34,570 bases of DNA from Candidatus Altiarchaeota archaeon (GCA_043804895.1 JAZDIN010000052.1:1-34570); one strand, 5' to 3'. Shown: positions 1 through 11,298, counted from the stretch's first letter. Numbers and translations: made by a program. The notes: generated by a model not told the origin, from the letters alone.

Positions 1-1016
1 CCGATTTGTTTCACTGATTCGAACTTCAGTTTCACGGCCTCGTCCAGTCTTTTTATCCTCCCGCCCCTGAATGCCGGAGTGTTCTGGCCGCCCATCAGTT
101 TCGGGGCTATGTAGAACAGGTATTTGTCCACTATGCCGGCCTTGGCTGCTGCTGCGTTGACTATTCCTCCTCCTTCGATTAGGACTGATGTGACTCCTCG
201 TTCGCCTAGTTTTTTCATTAGCTTTACAATGTCGACCTTACTCCTGCCCACCACCAAGACTTCGGCCTTTCTTCTGACTAATTTCATCTTCTGCCTGTTG
301 TACTTCTCGCTTGTCGCGATTACTGCGTTCCTGCCCTTGAGTACGTTCGCATTCAGCGGAATTCTGAGCCGGCTGTCAAACACCACCCTCAGCGGGTCTT
401 TCCCCCCTTTGACCCTGCATGTCAGTCTAGGGTTGTCACGCAACACTGTGTTTATGCCGACTAGCACGGCATCATACCTGCCCCTCATCCCGTGTGCATG
501 TCTCCTCGACTCCTCTGAGGTTATCCATTTACTCTCCCCAGTGGATGTCGCTATCTGCCCGTCCACTGTCATCGCAGTCTTCAGGACGATGAAGGGTCTG
601 CCGGTCCTAGCGTGCTTCAGGAACACCTCGTTCGCCCTCTCGCACTCACCCTTAAGCACCCCCCTCCTAACTTTTATCCCTGCAGCAATCAGCTCCTCCC
701 TCCCCCTCACCTTCTCAGTGGGGTCGTCTACTGCATAGACGACCTCGGAGACTCCTGCAGCAATGATTGCCTTAGTGCAAGGTGGAGTGCGGCCGTAGTG
801 GGAGCACGGTTCCAGTGTGACGTAAAGCGTCGCCCCCCTTGCGTCAACTCCCTTCAGCGCTTCGACTTCTGCGTGCGGCATCCCTGCCTTCCTGTGGTAG
901 CCTTCGGATATTATCCTACCCCCTCTCACGAGCACTGCGCCGACGTACGGGTTCGGCGTAGGCCTCCCCTTCAGTGAGAGTTCAAGGGCCTTCCGCATGT
1001 ACTCTTCATCTTTCAT
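1..1016 (-). CDS. ribD: Bifunctional pyrimidine deaminase/reductase RibD (runs off the window start)
   Basis: Not in the ORF track. Manual translation from ATG at 1016 gives MKDEEYMRKALELSLKGRPTPNPYVGAVLV...MPHAEVEAL...LYVTLEPCSHYGRTPPC (HAE and PCxxxxxxxxC deaminase motifs), followed by reductase-like sequence. ATGA overlap with the ribA stop. Confidence 0.93.
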   Translation of the reverse strand, partial: MKDEEYMRKALELSLKGRPTPNPYVGAVLVRGGRIISEGYHRKAGMPHAEVEALKGVDARGATLYVTLEPCSHYGRTPPCTKAIIAAGVSEVVYAVDDPTEKVRGREELIAAGIKVRRGVLKGECERANEVFLKHARTGRPFIVLKTAMTVDGQIATSTGESKWITSEESRRHAHGMRGRYDAVLVGINTVLRDNPRLTCRVKGGKDPLRVVFDSRLRIPLNANVLKGRNAVIATSEKYNRQKMKLVRRKAEVLVVGRSKVDIVKLMKKLGERGVTSVLIEGGGIVNAAAAKAGIVDKYLFYIAPKLMGGQNTPAFRGGRIKRLDEAVKLKFESVKQI

Positions 1017-1588
1017 AGGAGCTGGTCCATCTTCACCTTCTTATCGTGAAGATATCTCCTATTATATTTGTTCGGCTTCGTTATTAACGGAATCCTCCCC
1101 TCGACCTTGATGCTGGCTTCCTCAAGCCCTTTCATTTTCTGCATGTTGTTCGTCATCAGGAGCACAGACTTCACCCTCAGGCATTTGAGCATCTCGGCTG
1201 CGACAGTGTAAGTCCTCAAGTCAGATTCGAATCCTAGTTTCTCGTTGGCCTCAACGGTGTCGGAGCCGTTCTCCTGCAGGAGGTAGGCGTTAATCTTGTT
1301 GAATAAACCGATTCCGCGGCCTTCCTGCTCCATGTAGAGGACTACACCATTACCTTCGGATTGGATGTACTTCAACGCTTTAATCAGCTGTTTCCCGCAG
1401 TCGCACCTGAGCGAGTGGAACGTGTCTCCTGTAGTGCACTGGGAGTGCACCCTAACAGGCACCCTCTCAGACTTTATGTCGCCTTTATAGACTGCCAGAT
1501 GCTCCCTCCCCTCAGGGTCCCGAAACGCCCTCACCCTGAAAGTCCCGTAGTCTGTGGGCAGGGAAGCCTCGCACGACGATGTTATCAA
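1013..1588 (-). CDS. ribA: GTP cyclohydrolase II (bacterial type)
   Basis: VRVHSQCTTGD...RCDCG, QEGRGIGL, NKINAY and LMTNN motifs. Confidence 0.95.
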   Translation of the reverse strand: MITSSCEASLPTDYGTFRVRAFRDPEGREHLAVYKGDIKSERVPVRVHSQCTTGDTFHSLRCDCGKQLIKALKYIQSEGNGVVLYMEQEGRGIGLFNKINAYLLQENGSDTVEANEKLGFESDLRTYTVAAEMLKCLRVKSVLLMTNNMQKMKGLEEASIKVEGRIPLITKPNKYNRRYLHDKKVKMDQLL

Positions 1589-2034
1589 CCTACCATCACC
1601 GGCGCGTTCTTCTTCTCAAGCTCCTTCGTCCGCCTCACCAACTTCACCGCAGCCTCCACTCCCCTCCTAGCGTAATCTTCAATCCTCGCCTGGCCTTGCG
1701 CCCGGCTCATCCCAGGGCCTGATATCCCCAGGCCGACCGGTTTCCCGTACTCTAAAGCCAAGTCCATCAGCTTCCTCGCTGCATGCTGAGCCACCACCTG
1801 GTCGTGGTCTGTGTCGCCTTCAAGGACTGCTCCAATAGCCACGACAGCGTCCACATCCTCCCTCTCCATCAGCTTCTTCGCACCATACGGCGTGTCAAAA
1901 GTCCCAGGCACCCTCACTATGTGGGTGACGTCGCATTCAAGGAATGCTGCGTGGGCTCTAGCCCTTTCCATCATCAGTTGCGTGATGTCGGCGTTGAATT
2001 CGCCCACCACAAACCCTAGATTTATTCTTTCCAT
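1585..2034 (-). CDS. ribH: 6,7-dimethyl-8-ribityllumazine synthase
   Basis: GEFN, VPGTFDTP, AIGAVLEGDTDH, KPVGLGISGPG (archaeal-like RibH). Confidence 0.93.
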   Translation of the reverse strand: MERINLGFVVGEFNADITQLMMERARAHAAFLECDVTHIVRVPGTFDTPYGAKKLMEREDVDAVVAIGAVLEGDTDHDQVVAQHAARKLMDLALEYGKPVGLGISGPGMSRAQGQARIEDYARRGVEAAVKLVRRTKELEKKNAPVMVG

Positions 2035-2035
2035 C

Positions 2036-3114
<1,079 letters not shown>

Positions 3115-3151
3115 CCACTGATACTGGGAACAATTACTTAAAAACGATAAA

Positions 3152-3169
3152 ATACTCAAAAAAGAGTAT
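3152..3169. promoter_or_regulatory. 18-bp palindrome ATACTC-AAAAAA-GAGTAT upstream of the rib operon TATA box (candidate operator)
   Basis: Perfect 6-bp inverted arms, lying just upstream of a minus-strand TTTTTAAG box at ~3138-3145 that precedes ribB. Confidence 0.55.
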
Positions 3170-3218
3170 GATGGAATACATTGTGCATTAAAATCCCAAT
3201 AACGCACATAACCTACTA

Positions 3219-4922
3219 ATGGAAGTACTCAAAGCCGATGAGAAGCCAGTGTTACCTGCTCTGAAGACCGTGCATGGGACACCGTTGACCGAGCATGACC
3301 TAGTCTCCCTCTCATACATCGCGAACATGAACAACTGTGTATTAGAATTCATCGAAAGCAGCAACCTAACACTTAAGGGTAAGGCATACCGTGTGGAAGA
3401 GAAGATAGCCCCGGGTGGACTTACATACACTACCATGAGAGTAGCTAAAGACCTTACAGCAGAGGAATATGAACAACTGACAGAAGCCATAAACCCGAAA
3501 TACAAGGGCAGGCCGATAGAGGAGATTCTTGTCGAGGAGGGGCTAAGAAGCCTCCTCCAGATAAAAGACTCCGATGTGGGGGGCAGCGTGTTCACATTGG
3601 GGGAACCATACGATATGATGACGTTATCTAGAGGCTTCAATATACTTAAACTAAAAGTTGACGGTGAGCTAGGGGATAACGCCAAAAAAGTCGGTAATTC
3701 AGATTGGATGGTGACCACCACAAAAGGCCAGACATGGAAGATAAGATATTTTGAGGACGGCGGAGGTAGGGGGGAAGTATTGGTATACGAGAGGGTCGGC
3801 GATAGCGATATCGAACGTCGTAGGCTGACCGGAGTGGAACGCCCAGGATACCCAGGGACGGTAGACGTTTACGGGACAGAGGAGCCGGAGCGGCTCATGA
3901 GCATCAGAAGCGCCATAGCTGAAGCCAGATTCCTGCTACATCAAGCTGAATTCCCAGAGATGAGTATACGGGCAAAGGCTGAAAAACAAGCTAATGCAAT
4001 GCAGACACTGCAAGATTCGTTCCGAGAGAACATGTCCCAAACGGTTCCCTCTATCGAGAAGATAAAGGAGTGTCCGAGCCCTAGACGCACCCTCCACGCC
4101 CTAGACACGGTCTGTGAGCAAGATAGCGCACTCGCCTATGCACTACTGGAAGCCATTAGACCTGACAATAGCAGCATGGAAACCCACCTTGCTAAAGTAA
4201 TGGTCAACTATCAGGGGGTAGGAGCAGGCCACACATGCGTGCTTTGCAGGCTCGCTGACGGAAGCCACTTCCTATTCGACCCCAACCAACCAGAGTCCAG
4301 CGGACGTATACTGCAAAATCTGTCATACAAGAAGCCGGAAAGGGGTGAACCCGCGATAGTGGACCTATTGCCTGAGGAACGGGGAGTAGAGAATAGTGAG
4401 AGGCGGGTATACCACCGAAAACTTGAGCTGTTACACCCGCTAGACTATAACCTATCCTCACAGCACCTGCACCTTGGCATGGTACACCATAGTCAAGAAA
4501 AACCCGAAGAGGCACTGAGGGAGTATAACAAGGCCTTGGAGATATGCCCCTCCTCTGTTGAGGCGATAGGGAATGTTGCAATCTACCATCTGCAAAAGGG
4601 GGATACTAGAATGGCGATAGACAAGGCTAATGAAGCCCTTAGGGTAAACCCCAGGTTCGCCGGAGGTTACCATATCATCGGACTTGCACTCAGTGAAGAG
4701 GGTGATTTGGACGGCGCAATAAGGGAATACAGCAGATCGTTGGAAATAGAACCCGAACAGGCGACGGTATATTATAATCTCGGACGTGCCTACCATAAGA
4801 CTGACAGGACAGGCGAAGCAGTCATTGCATACCAGAACTTCCTGAAATACTGCCCTGAGGATGAACTCGAATTACAAAGGAAAAAAGCAAAGAAGTTCAT
4901 CGAAAAACATAAGCGTAAGTAG
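3219..4922 (+). CDS. TPR-repeat protein with a central transglutaminase/papain-like Cys-His-Asp motif set
   Basis: About four C-terminal TPRs (e.g. YYNLGRAYHKTDRTGEAVIAYQNFLKYCP). Central VCEQDSALAYALL...GHTCVL...HFLFDPN. Confidence 0.75.
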   Translation: MEVLKADEKPVLPALKTVHGTPLTEHDLVSLSYIANMNNCVLEFIESSNLTLKGKAYRVEEKIAPGGLTYTTMRVAKDLTAEEYEQLTEAINPKYKGRPIEEILVEEGLRSLLQIKDSDVGGSVFTLGEPYDMMTLSRGFNILKLKVDGELGDNAKKVGNSDWMVTTTKGQTWKIRYFEDGGGRGEVLVYERVGDSDIERRRLTGVERPGYPGTVDVYGTEEPERLMSIRSAIAEARFLLHQAEFPEMSIRAKAEKQANAMQTLQDSFRENMSQTVPSIEKIKECPSPRRTLHALDTVCEQDSALAYALLEAIRPDNSSMETHLAKVMVNYQGVGAGHTCVLCRLADGSHFLFDPNQPESSGRILQNLSYKKPERGEPAIVDLLPEERGVENSERRVYHRKLELLHPLDYNLSSQHLHLGMVHHSQEKPEEALREYNKALEICPSSVEAIGNVAIYHLQKGDTRMAIDKANEALRVNPRFAGGYHIIGLALSEEGDLDGAIREYSRSLEIEPEQATVYYNLGRAYHKTDRTGEAVIAYQNFLKYCPEDELELQRKKAKKFIEKHKRK

Positions 4923-4958
4923 GCGATTTTAAATCCTCAAATGCTAGTAGGTTACCTG

Positions 4959-6044
4959 ATGATAAGGCAAATAATAAACAGGAGGGTCATAGACGGCCTC
5001 TACGGTGAAGGTCACCTTTATTCCGCGTATGGGATGTATGAGCGGAAAACGCACGGTTATAAGGTCTTTAAAGTCCCGCTCAACGCCAACTTCGTGTGCC
5101 CTAACTGGGATGGTCGCCTAGGCGATGATGGTTGTATATTCTGCCCGTCGCAGGCTAGGCAGTTCACCTACCAGAGTTTCAGGGAGGTCATCGACAAGGG
5201 GTTCACTGAGCAGATTAGGACTCAGGTCGAGCATTATAAGGCTATGGGGGCCGGGGAGAAGGGCCTCGTGTACATCGCCTTCGGCACCAACACCTACGCT
5301 CCGCTTGACAGGCTGAAGCAGATTTTCGACGAGGCTGTGAAGGCGCATGAGGACGTCATCGGCTTCACTGTGGGGACGAGGCCAGATTGCCTACCAGATG
5401 AAGTGTTGGACCTCCTGGGGGAGTACCGGAAATCAGGATACGACGTCTGGGTGGAGGCAGGCCAGCAGACCGTTCACGAGCACACACTCAGGGAGACGAA
5501 CCGCCACCACGGCCTCGCAGAGCTTATCAGGGCAACGGACGAATGCCACAAGAGGGACATACCACTACTTGCTTTCATAATACTCGGCCTCCCTGGTGAG
5601 ACCCATGAGGAGATGATTGCGACAGCGAAGATAATCTCAGCAGTCGGAGTCGATGCAGTGAAGATTTACCCGCTGGTTGTCATGAAGGACACTAGGCTCG
5701 CGAGGATGTGGGAGATGGGAGCATACAAGTCGCTTGGATTCGACGAGTACGTGAACCTCGTTGCTGACTTCCTCGAGCACCTGAGCCCGTACGTCCTCAT
5801 ACAGCGGATGTCGAAGGACTGTGGATTGGAGATTAAGCTCGCACCGGAGTGGAACACCTACAGGAACATAGTCACGCCCATGGTTGAGAAGACTCTCAAA
5901 GCCAGGGGCACCAAGCAGGGCGTTAAACACAAGCTTACGTTAAGCGCTGAGGAGCTTATTCCCCTCGCCAGGGAGAAGGGCGGGAAGTTCTACGAGGAGC
6001 TTAAAGAGCAAAGAAAGAAGACCCATCTGGAGAAAGTCGACTAG
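4959..6044 (+). CDS. TIGR01212/YhcC-family radical SAM protein
   Basis: CPNWDGRLGDDGCIFC cluster motif, TNTYAP, GTRPDCLP, ILGLPGET. Start is ATG 4959 or 4941. Confidence 0.88.
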   Translation: MIRQIINRRVIDGLYGEGHLYSAYGMYERKTHGYKVFKVPLNANFVCPNWDGRLGDDGCIFCPSQARQFTYQSFREVIDKGFTEQIRTQVEHYKAMGAGEKGLVYIAFGTNTYAPLDRLKQIFDEAVKAHEDVIGFTVGTRPDCLPDEVLDLLGEYRKSGYDVWVEAGQQTVHEHTLRETNRHHGLAELIRATDECHKRDIPLLAFIILGLPGETHEEMIATAKIISAVGVDAVKIYPLVVMKDTRLARMWEMGAYKSLGFDEYVNLVADFLEHLSPYVLIQRMSKDCGLEIKLAPEWNTYRNIVTPMVEKTLKARGTKQGVKHKLTLSAEELIPLAREKGGKFYEELKEQRKKTHLEKVD

Positions 6045-6045
6045 G

Positions 6046-7128
6046 TCACAGCCACTTCTTGTTCCTGAAGTAGACCAGCATTATTATCGCGACGATGGTT
6101 ATAATTCCCCAGAACATGGGGTACCCGTAATACCATGTGAGCTCCGGCATGTTCCACGGGCTCTTGTCGGTGTGGAAGTTCATGCCGTAGACTCCTGCAA
6201 GGAACGTTAAAGGCATGAAGATTGTCGCGATGACGGTCAGCACCTTCATCACCTCGTTCAGCCTGTTGCTTATGCTTGAAAGGTATATGTCAAGCATGCC
6301 TGAGGTCATGTCCCTGAAAGTCTCCACAGTGTCCATAACCTGTATTGTGTGGTCGTAGACGTCCCGGAGGTAAATCTTCGTAGGCTTGCGGATGAGTGGC
6401 GAGTCAGCCTTCTCCATGCCGTTAACGACCTCCCTCAGCGGCCACACAGACTTTCTTAGGAAGATCAGCTCCCTCTTTAGCCTGTGTATCTCGCGCAACA
6501 CCTTCCGGTTAGGGTCTGAAACTACCTTCTCCTCTAGGAGCTCTATCTCCTCGCCGACTTTCTCAAGTATTATGAAGTAGTTGTCGATGATGGCATCAAT
6601 CAGGGAGTACGCCAGGTAGTCTGCCCCGTTCTTCCTATGCCTGCCTTTCCCCTCCCTAATCCTCTGCCTCACCGGATCGAATACGTCGCCGATGTCCTCC
6701 TGGAATGAGAGGACAAAATTCCTCCCCAGGATGAGGCTCACCTGCTCTATCTTCAGGTCCTTCACCTTCTCGTCGTATGTGAGCATCTTCAACACCAGGA
6801 ACATGTAGTCTCCGAAGTCCTCCATCTTCGGCCGTTGTTCGGTGTTCACTATGTCCTCCACCAAGAGCGGGTGGAAGTTGAAGTCTTTGCCGAACCTCTC
6901 GATTATGTCGACATCGTGGATTCCGTCCACGTTAATCCACGTCACGGTCGGGTTGTCCTTGAAAATCAGGCAGTCCTCCGCCTTCTCAACAACAGCCTCC
7001 TTGAAATGGCCTTCGTCGTAGTCGATGACTGTTATCCTCACCTTGCCAGTCTTTTCCTCTCCGATGTGCATCGGTGTCCCGGGCGGGAGGCCTGCCTTCC
7101 TGGAGCGTTTCCTCATGAAGCTTGGCAT
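6046..7128 (-). CDS. corA: Magnesium/cobalt transporter CorA
   Basis: GLPPGT N-terminus, HPLLVEDI, QRPK, YGMNF signature, MPEL, two C-terminal TM helices. Confidence 0.96.
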   Translation of the reverse strand: MPSFMRKRSRKAGLPPGTPMHIGEEKTGKVRITVIDYDEGHFKEAVVEKAEDCLIFKDNPTVTWINVDGIHDVDIIERFGKDFNFHPLLVEDIVNTEQRPKMEDFGDYMFLVLKMLTYDEKVKDLKIEQVSLILGRNFVLSFQEDIGDVFDPVRQRIREGKGRHRKNGADYLAYSLIDAIIDNYFIILEKVGEEIELLEEKVVSDPNRKVLREIHRLKRELIFLRKSVWPLREVVNGMEKADSPLIRKPTKIYLRDVYDHTIQVMDTVETFRDMTSGMLDIYLSSISNRLNEVMKVLTVIATIFMPLTFLAGVYGMNFHTDKSPWNMPELTWYYGYPMFWGIITIVAIIMLVYFRNKKWL

Positions 7129-7218
7129 GTTCAGGTTATAGAATTGAATGTGTGCTTTTAAGCCAGCTTGTGTATGGTATTTATACGATCGATGCTATTA
7201 TTGTAATACGGTGATGTC

Positions 7219-7431
7219 ATGGATTTTGTCACAGTATCCCCGAAATTCCAAGTTGTCATACCCAAGGGCATAAGGGAGCATCTTGACCTGAAACCCGGGG
7301 AGAAGATGGTGGTGGTGGAGCGGGGCAGGACCCTGCACTTTGTCCCGGTCGGCGAAATGAAAGACCTGAGAGGGTTCGCAAAAGGATTGGACACCAAAAA
7401 CCTGAGGGACGAAAGTGACCGTTTTGATTGA
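7219..7431 (+). CDS. AbrB/MazE/SpoVT-family antitoxin
   Basis: VSPKFQVVIPKGIREHLDLKPGE. GGTGA RBS upstream. Overlaps the PIN gene. Confidence 0.9.
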   Translation: MDFVTVSPKFQVVIPKGIREHLDLKPGEKMVVVERGRTLHFVPVGEMKDLRGFAKGLDTKNLRDESDRFD

Positions 7432-7792
7432 TAGTTACGGCTTCATAGAATACTTCACCAACGGGCCGAAGGCTGGAAAATACGCTGATGCCGTGGAGAA
7501 CGCAAGTCCGAATGACTGTATCACCCCGACAGTAGTGGTCTACGAGGTATACAAGAGGATAAAATCAAAGTATGGTCTTGAGAAGGCTCTCCAAGCCCAC
7601 GCTCACATAACACTGCACACCCGGATAGTCCCACTCACCGTGGAGATATCCCTCGATGCTGCGGAAACAAGCCTACAGGAAGGCCTTGGCATGGCGGACT
7701 CCATAGTGCTTGCAACGGCAAGATACTACAATGCGACAATAGTCACTGGGGACCAGCATATGAGGGGAAAAAATGGCGTTGATTACATTTAG
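7415..7792 (+). CDS. vapC: PIN-domain VapC toxin
   Basis: LIDS, YEV, MADSIVLATA and VTGD acidic residues. GTG start overlaps the antitoxin by 17 nt. Confidence 0.9.
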   Translation: MTVLIDSYGFIEYFTNGPKAGKYADAVENASPNDCITPTVVVYEVYKRIKSKYGLEKALQAHAHITLHTRIVPLTVEISLDAAETSLQEGLGMADSIVLATARYYNATIVTGDQHMRGKNGVDYI

Positions 7793-7889
7793 CCCTGTTA
7801 ACCAGAATACCATCATGTTTTTAAAGGAGTGTTCCTTATAGTTGTTAGTAATTTTATCATGCCTTTATCCTATTTTGGAGGCGGTTTCT

Positions 7890-8513
7890 TTGGAGTCTAA
7901 AAATTTTGAAGGTACTACGACAATCGGCCTAGTCTGCAGCGATGGGATAGTCTTCGCCACAGACAAGAGGGCTAGTTGGGGCGGTTTCATAGCCAGCAAG
8001 AAGGCCAGGAAGACGTTCAACATAAACGACGCAGTAGGAGCTACTGTGGCTGGCAGCGTAGGCGATGCTGAGTCGCTTATGAGGCTCATCCAGGCCGAGA
8101 CGAAGCTGTATGAAATGAACAACGGGGAGAAGATGGGCACCCAGTCGGTGAGCGTCCTCATGGCGAACATACTACAGGGCAGCAAATACTTCCCATACCT
8201 AGTGCAGCTTCTAATCGGCGGCTACGTGAAAGGGAATGCCCAACTTTACACCCTAGACCCGGTGGGTGGTCTAATCGAGGAGAAGATGGCCTCCACAGGC
8301 TCCGGAAGTCCCATGGCCTATGGCATACTGGACTTGGAGTATAAGGAGAGCAAGACCGTTGTTGAGAACATCCCCGTAGCCTTGAAGGCAATCAAGGGCG
8401 CCCTGTCAAGGGACTCCCACACAGGCGACGGAGTGGAGCTCGTCACAATAACCAAGGACGGTTTCAAGACATTTAGCGAGAACGAAGTCAAGGAGCTCAT
8501 GAAGGGTTCCTAA
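7890..8513 (+). CDS. psmB: 20S proteasome beta subunit
   Basis: EG|TTTIG autocleavage site, DKRAS, AGSVGDA, TGSGSPMAYG, RDSHTGDG. Likely TTG start at 7890 after GGAGGCGG, giving an 8-residue propeptide. Confidence 0.95.
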   Translation: MESKNFEGTTTIGLVCSDGIVFATDKRASWGGFIASKKARKTFNINDAVGATVAGSVGDAESLMRLIQAETKLYEMNNGEKMGTQSVSVLMANILQGSKYFPYLVQLLIGGYVKGNAQLYTLDPVGGLIEEKMASTGSGSPMAYGILDLEYKESKTVVENIPVALKAIKGALSRDSHTGDGVELVTITKDGFKTFSENEVKELMKGS

Positions 8514-8561
8514 GGGAAAGTCATTCTATGACTGGTTTTAGTTTGTTTACTGTAACTTACG

Positions 8562-10448
8562 ATGGAGTTTAAGGAGATACAGCGTATCGTCGACGAGACT
8601 GCGCCAGAGGGCAAGATATTGAAGGTCGATGTAGAAGGCCCGAAGGTGATTCTCTACACGAACGATATGCCGTACTTTGTGGAAAACGGCAACGAGGTCC
8701 GGAACCTCGCGACCTCCCTCAAGAAGAGGATAATCATCAGGAGCACCCCCGAGTCCCTCATGGACCCTGTTGAGGCTAGGAAGGTTATCGAGGAGGTCAT
8801 ACCAGCCGAGGCGAACATCTGCGAGGTCGAGTTCGACGATAACTTCGCAGAGGTTAGGATAGAGGCTGAGAAGCTCGGCCTAGTCATCGGCAAACACGGC
8901 GACACCCTAGACCAGTTGACCAAGAGGATAAGGTGGACTCCGAAGCTACTTCGGAAGCCGCCCCTCCAGTCCGAGACTGTGAGGAGTATCAGGAAGACCC
9001 TCTTTGACAACGGTAAGGAGAGGCAGAAGATACTCAAAGCAGTCGGCAAGAGGATATACAGGAAACCAGACGCCGAATGCGACTGGATAAGGGTCACCCC
9101 ACTCGGGGGAGCTCAACAGGTCGGCAGGTCATGCGTCCTCCTACAGACTCCGGCAAGCAACGTCCTAATAGACTGCGGCATAAACGTCGCAGCGCAGGAT
9201 GCCGAACGATTCCCAGACTTCAGGGCGATGAAACTCGCCATAAGCGAACTCGACGCAGTCGTCATATCACACGCCCACCTCGACCACTGCGGATTCGTAC
9301 CATACCTATACAAATACGGCTACGAAGGCCCAATATACTGCACCGAACCGACACGTGACCTAATGGCCTTACTCGTCCTAGATGCGGTTGAGATCGGCGT
9401 CAAAGGCCAGAACGAGCTTCCCTTCGGTAGCAAGGAAATAAGGGACATGATAAAGCACACGATACCACTTGAATACCAGGAGGTTGCTGACATCACCCCC
9501 GACATCCACCTGACCCTATACAACGCAGGCCACATACTAGGCTCCAGCGTATGCCACTTCCACATCGGGGAGGGATTGCACAACATGGTCTACACCGGGG
9601 ACTTCAAGTTCGGTGACACAAGGCTCCTTGAGGCAGCACACTATGATTTCCCACGAGTTGAGACGCTCATAATGGAATCAACATATGGTGGCAGATACGA
9701 CGCTCAGCCCAACAGAAGGGACGCTGAGATGTTGCTCATAGACACGATAAAGAAGACCATCGAACGCGGCGGCAAAGTCCTGATACCGGTCTTCAGCGTA
9801 GGCAGAAGCCAGGAGGTTATGATGGTCCTGGAGAACGCATTCCGTTTCGGAGACCTTAAGGTGCCGGTTTACCTGGACGGTATGATATGGGAGGCGACCG
9901 CAGTCCACACATCATACCCTGAGTACCTGAAGAAGCACATCAAACACCACATATTCAACGGATACAACCCGTTCCTGGTAGACCAATTCGAGAGGGTCGA
10001 ACACAGCAAACGCCAGGACATAATACAAAGCCCGGAACCATGCGTCATACTCGCAACATCAGGGATGATGACCGGCGGCCCCAGCGTCGAATACTTCAAA
10101 GCCCTCGCCGAGGACGAGAAGAACACGATAGCGTTCGTCGGATACCAGTCCGAAGGCAGCCTCGGAAGGAGGATACAAAACGGAATAAACGAGATGGCAA
10201 TAGACGACGATGGGAGAACAAGGGGGATCAAGGTGAAGATAGGGGTGAAGACCATCGACGGATTCAGCGGACACGCAGACCGCAGACAACTCCTCGGATA
10301 CTCCAAGAAGATAAGCCCGAAACCGAAGAGGGCCATAATCATGCACGGCGAAGCAAACAAGGCCATGAACCTCGCCATGACCCTCTACGACATGTTTGGG
10401 ATCGAATCCACAGCCCCCAAAAATCTGGACAGCATAAGGCTCATTTGA
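8562..10448 (+). CDS. fttA: aCPSF1/FttA beta-CASP ribonuclease with N-terminal KH domains (transcription termination factor)
   Basis: GLVIGKHG KH motif, LGGAQQVGRS, SHAHLDH, AGHILGS, MESTYGG, GFSGHAD. psmB-aCPSF1 adjacency is conserved in archaea. Confidence 0.95.
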   Translation: MEFKEIQRIVDETAPEGKILKVDVEGPKVILYTNDMPYFVENGNEVRNLATSLKKRIIIRSTPESLMDPVEARKVIEEVIPAEANICEVEFDDNFAEVRIEAEKLGLVIGKHGDTLDQLTKRIRWTPKLLRKPPLQSETVRSIRKTLFDNGKERQKILKAVGKRIYRKPDAECDWIRVTPLGGAQQVGRSCVLLQTPASNVLIDCGINVAAQDAERFPDFRAMKLAISELDAVVISHAHLDHCGFVPYLYKYGYEGPIYCTEPTRDLMALLVLDAVEIGVKGQNELPFGSKEIRDMIKHTIPLEYQEVADITPDIHLTLYNAGHILGSSVCHFHIGEGLHNMVYTGDFKFGDTRLLEAAHYDFPRVETLIMESTYGGRYDAQPNRRDAEMLLIDTIKKTIERGGKVLIPVFSVGRSQEVMMVLENAFRFGDLKVPVYLDGMIWEATAVHTSYPEYLKKHIKHHIFNGYNPFLVDQFERVEHSKRQDIIQSPEPCVILATSGMMTGGPSVEYFKALAEDEKNTIAFVGYQSEGSLGRRIQNGINEMAIDDDGRTRGIKVKIGVKTIDGFSGHADRRQLLGYSKKISPKPKRAIIMHGEANKAMNLAMTLYDMFGIESTAPKNLDSIRLI

Positions 10449-10500
10449 TTATAGGGGTGGAAATGTTAATCTCAGAGGCGGTGTCAAAAGCCCAGGTGAT

Positions 10501-11298
10501 ATGATGTTAGACGCATACTCTCTACTAGCAAGAGTCCGTGACAACAAACCCCTGATACACCACCTAACAAACTGGGTCACCATCTACGACTGCGCGAACA
10601 TCACCCGAACCTTCGGGGCATTGCCTGTGATGGCCCACGCGAAAGAGGAGGTTGAGGAGATGGCAGGCCACGCTGGGGCGATCGTACTCAACATAGGGAC
10701 ACTCACTCCAGAGCTAATCGACTCGATGGTGCTCGCAGGCAAAGTCGCCAACCGCCGCAAAATCCCGGTCATATTAGACGCTGTCGGAGCGGGCGCAACA
10801 AAATTAAGGACTGAAAGCACCATGAAACTCCTCCATGAATTGCACGTCGACGTCCTCAAAGGCAACCAAGGAGAAATCGGAGTCATAGCAGGCGCGAAGG
10901 GGAAGGTGAGGGGCGTCGAGTCGATGGGAGTCAAAGGCGACCCTATCGAGATAGCTAAGGCACTCTCAGCGAAGCTGAAGAACACTGTGGCTGTGACAGG
11001 CAAGACCGACATAGTCTCAGGTGGAGGGGAAACTTACCTAATCGACAACGGCACCCCAATGATGGGGTCCATAGTCGGCACAGGCTGTATGGCAGCTTCC
11101 GTGATAGGATGCTTCTGCGCTGTCGAGAACGACTATGCTAAGGCCTCCGCAGCCGCCCTCGGGTGCTTCGGAATAGCGGGCGAAATCGCATCCCATAAGG
11201 CGAAAGGCCCAGGCTCCTACAAGGAACACTTCTACGACGCAGCACACTCCCTGGATAAGAAAAATGTTGACTCCCTCCTAAAAGTCAGAGAGCAATAA
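10501..11298 (+). CDS. thiM: Hydroxyethylthiazole kinase
   Basis: PLIHHLTNWVT, GALPVMA, LNIGTL, LDAVGAGAT, KGNQGEI, GTGCM. Confidence 0.95.
   Translation: MMLDAYSLLARVRDNKPLIHHLTNWVTIYDCANITRTFGALPVMAHAKEEVEEMAGHAGAIVLNIGTLTPELIDSMVLAGKVANRRKIPVILDAVGAGATKLRTESTMKLLHELHVDVLKGNQGEIGVIAGAKGKVRGVESMGVKGDPIEIAKALSAKLKNTVAVTGKTDIVSGGGETYLIDNGTPMMGSIVGTGCMAASVIGCFCAVENDYAKASAAALGCFGIAGEIASHKAKGPGSYKEHFYDAAHSLDKKNVDSLLKVREQ

Noticed and set aside
124-977. Plus-strand ORFs 124..738 and 612..977, and similar antisense ORFs across the window
   Set aside because: They are shadows of well-supported genes on the opposite strand (here ribD) and have no family features.
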